A stretch of DNA of 64,000 nucleotides. It comes from a virus. This document shows positions 62,705 to 64,000 of the stretch, piece by piece (within the stretch, counting starts at the first letter, position 1; each line of letters starts with the position of its first letter). The stretch lies in the UHGV virus genome UHGV-0326994, one strand, 5' to 3'. The position numbers and the translations under genes were made by a program. Below the pieces are notes generated by a model. That model made no database searches. It had not been told where the DNA came from and saw only the letters and a program-made list of their open reading frames with translations.

Positions 62705-63190
62705 CTACTCTGCTCGCCATTGACAGTCGCCTTGCCACCCATACTCTTTTCTCCAGAGGTTTTGGTTATCAGAACCACGATATGGTTTAACTGTTGGTTT
62801 AGAAGAATCATACTTACCATCAATCACCACGTCAACATATTTCATCACATCTAAGTGGATTTTTTCGTGCAGTTGAAAACCAGTCCAAAGCCATATAGAC
62901 TTTTCTGGATAAACAGTTTTAATACGCTTACATATGTTGGTGACTTCTTGAATGTTTCTGTCATCAAGAGGCTCTCCACCAAGTATTGACAACCCACTGA
63001 TGGCCTCATCATCCATTAATTTAATGATGCCGTAAAGGTTTGCATAAGTAAACACTTTACCAGCATTAAACTTCCAAGACTCCCTGTTAAAGCAGCCTTC
63101 ACAGTGATGTTTGCAGCCAGCTACGAAGAGGCTCACACGAACCCCTTCACCATTAGCTGTGTCAAATGGTCGAATCTCCATGTAATTCAT
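62705..63190 (-). CDS. nrdG: anaerobic ribonucleotide reductase activating protein (radical SAM)
   Basis: 161 aa; CxxxCxxC cluster FVAGCKHHCEGCFN and glycine-rich SAM motif. Confidence 0.8.
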   Translation of the reverse strand: MNYMEIRPFDTANGEGVRVSLFVAGCKHHCEGCFNRESWKFNAGKVFTYANLYGIIKLMDDEAISGLSILGGEPLDDRNIQEVTNICKRIKTVYPEKSIWLWTGFQLHEKIHLDVMKYVDVVIDGKYDSSKPTVKPYRGSDNQNLWRKEYGWQGDCQWRAE

Positions 63191-63199
63191 CTAGTTACC

Positions 63200-63499
63200 T
63201 CACCAATACATATAAGTGCTCTGAGCAGCTTTCTTTGGAGACTTGCTGTCAATGTCAAAATCTTCATCTAAGAAGGATGTCTTAGAAAGCTGACTGATTT
63301 GTGTTCTTGTAAGACGTTTAGTAGCCTTCTTAATCTCTCTACAAGGCTGACTTGTAAAGTCATAAGAGCCACCTTTTCTGGACATCATATCAGAATGGAA
63401 GTAGACATCTGAAGCATTTTCTCTGTTACGTACTTCATTCCTCCACTCATAGAGTCCGTTAACGTTCTTTAAACCTTTTCTTCGAATTGTTTTACTCAT
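63200..63499 (-). CDS. hypothetical basic protein
   Basis: 99 aa ORF. Confidence 0.35.
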   Translation of the reverse strand: MSKTIRRKGLKNVNGLYEWRNEVRNRENASDVYFHSDMMSRKGGSYDFTSQPCREIKKATKRLTRTQISQLSKTSFLDEDFDIDSKSPKKAAQSTYMYW

Positions 63500-63891
63500 T
63501 CAAATACCACCTGACAAGGAACTTGTTTAGTAATAAATTCTTCACAGTGTTCTTTAATGAAGTTTTGTAATGGCACACAGTCTTGTGCACACGTCATTAG
63601 CATAATGTACTCTGGATTCATAATATTTTCAATGGTGTAGAAGACAACATTGTCAAATAATTCATGACCGTCTTCTTCAGACCAAGTTCCAGTGACTATA
63701 GCTAATTTGTCAAGCAATTCATTAGGCAAAGCTACACCATCTTCTGCGGAATCACTTAGAACGTTGTCACCCATGTACAATGTGAAGACCGTATGGAATG
63801 TTGAGTATCTTACGTGATTCTTTTCGCAAGAGCCACACTCTGAGGCGTAATCTTTAATCCACTCTAACTGTTTTTTGTTCAACTTAATCAT
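63496..63891 (-). CDS. hypothetical Cys-containing protein
   Basis: 131 aa ORF with coupled stop/start. Confidence 0.35.
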   Translation of the reverse strand: MIKLNKKQLEWIKDYASECGSCEKNHVRYSTFHTVFTLYMGDNVLSDSAEDGVALPNELLDKLAIVTGTWSEEDGHELFDNVVFYTIENIMNPEYIMLMTCAQDCVPLQNFIKEHCEEFITKQVPCQVVFE

Positions 63892-64000
63892 AATTTCACC
63901 TTAGTTGGTAATGCACTGAATGCTATAGCTAACCCTAAAAATGGTTTGAAGCATGACCATAAATCCATCTGACCATGATATGCGAAACTCCATTGTGGGT

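Overview
This 64 kb window reads as a near-contiguous piece of a tailed, myovirus-type phage genome with a Felix O1-like gene set (inferred from gene content; no database search was possible). Coordinates of tRNAs and hairpins were hand-folded and may be off by a few nt; several tRNA anticodon calls are tentative. Layout, left to right: (1) 1-1219, end of frd plus thymidylate synthase on the + strand. (2) 1255-25176, minus-strand late/structural module: two paralogous tail fibres with His-x-His tips, baseplate, tape measure, tail tube and sheath, capsid, S49 protease, portal, large terminase. (3) 25.3-31.2 kb, minus-strand array of about 27 tRNA genes, with an HNH endonuclease, two small ORFs, structured non-coding elements and a hairpin repeat family. 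(4) 31331-32746, a vWA/MIDAS protein that may be Ro60-like. (5) 33.4-40.9 kb, plus-strand small genes including a 5x Ig-like repeat protein coupled to a T4-type lysozyme. (6) 40.9-42.5 kb, a 1.6 kb non-coding convergent region packed with TAACA iteron-like repeats. (7) 42.6-49.2 kb, an island of about 16 small minus-strand genes, most of them preceded by one of two variants of a conserved ~90 bp cassette. (8) 49.7-63.9 kb, minus-strand early genes: macro-domain protein, spanin-like pair, HAD-like and lytic-transglycosylase-like proteins, rIIB, rIIA, Nampt plus PRPP synthetase, nrdG. The candidates I would rank highest for novelty are a possible Ro60-like protein with tRNA-like structured RNAs inside the tRNA array, the repeated intergenic cassette island, and the iteron-rich non-coding region.
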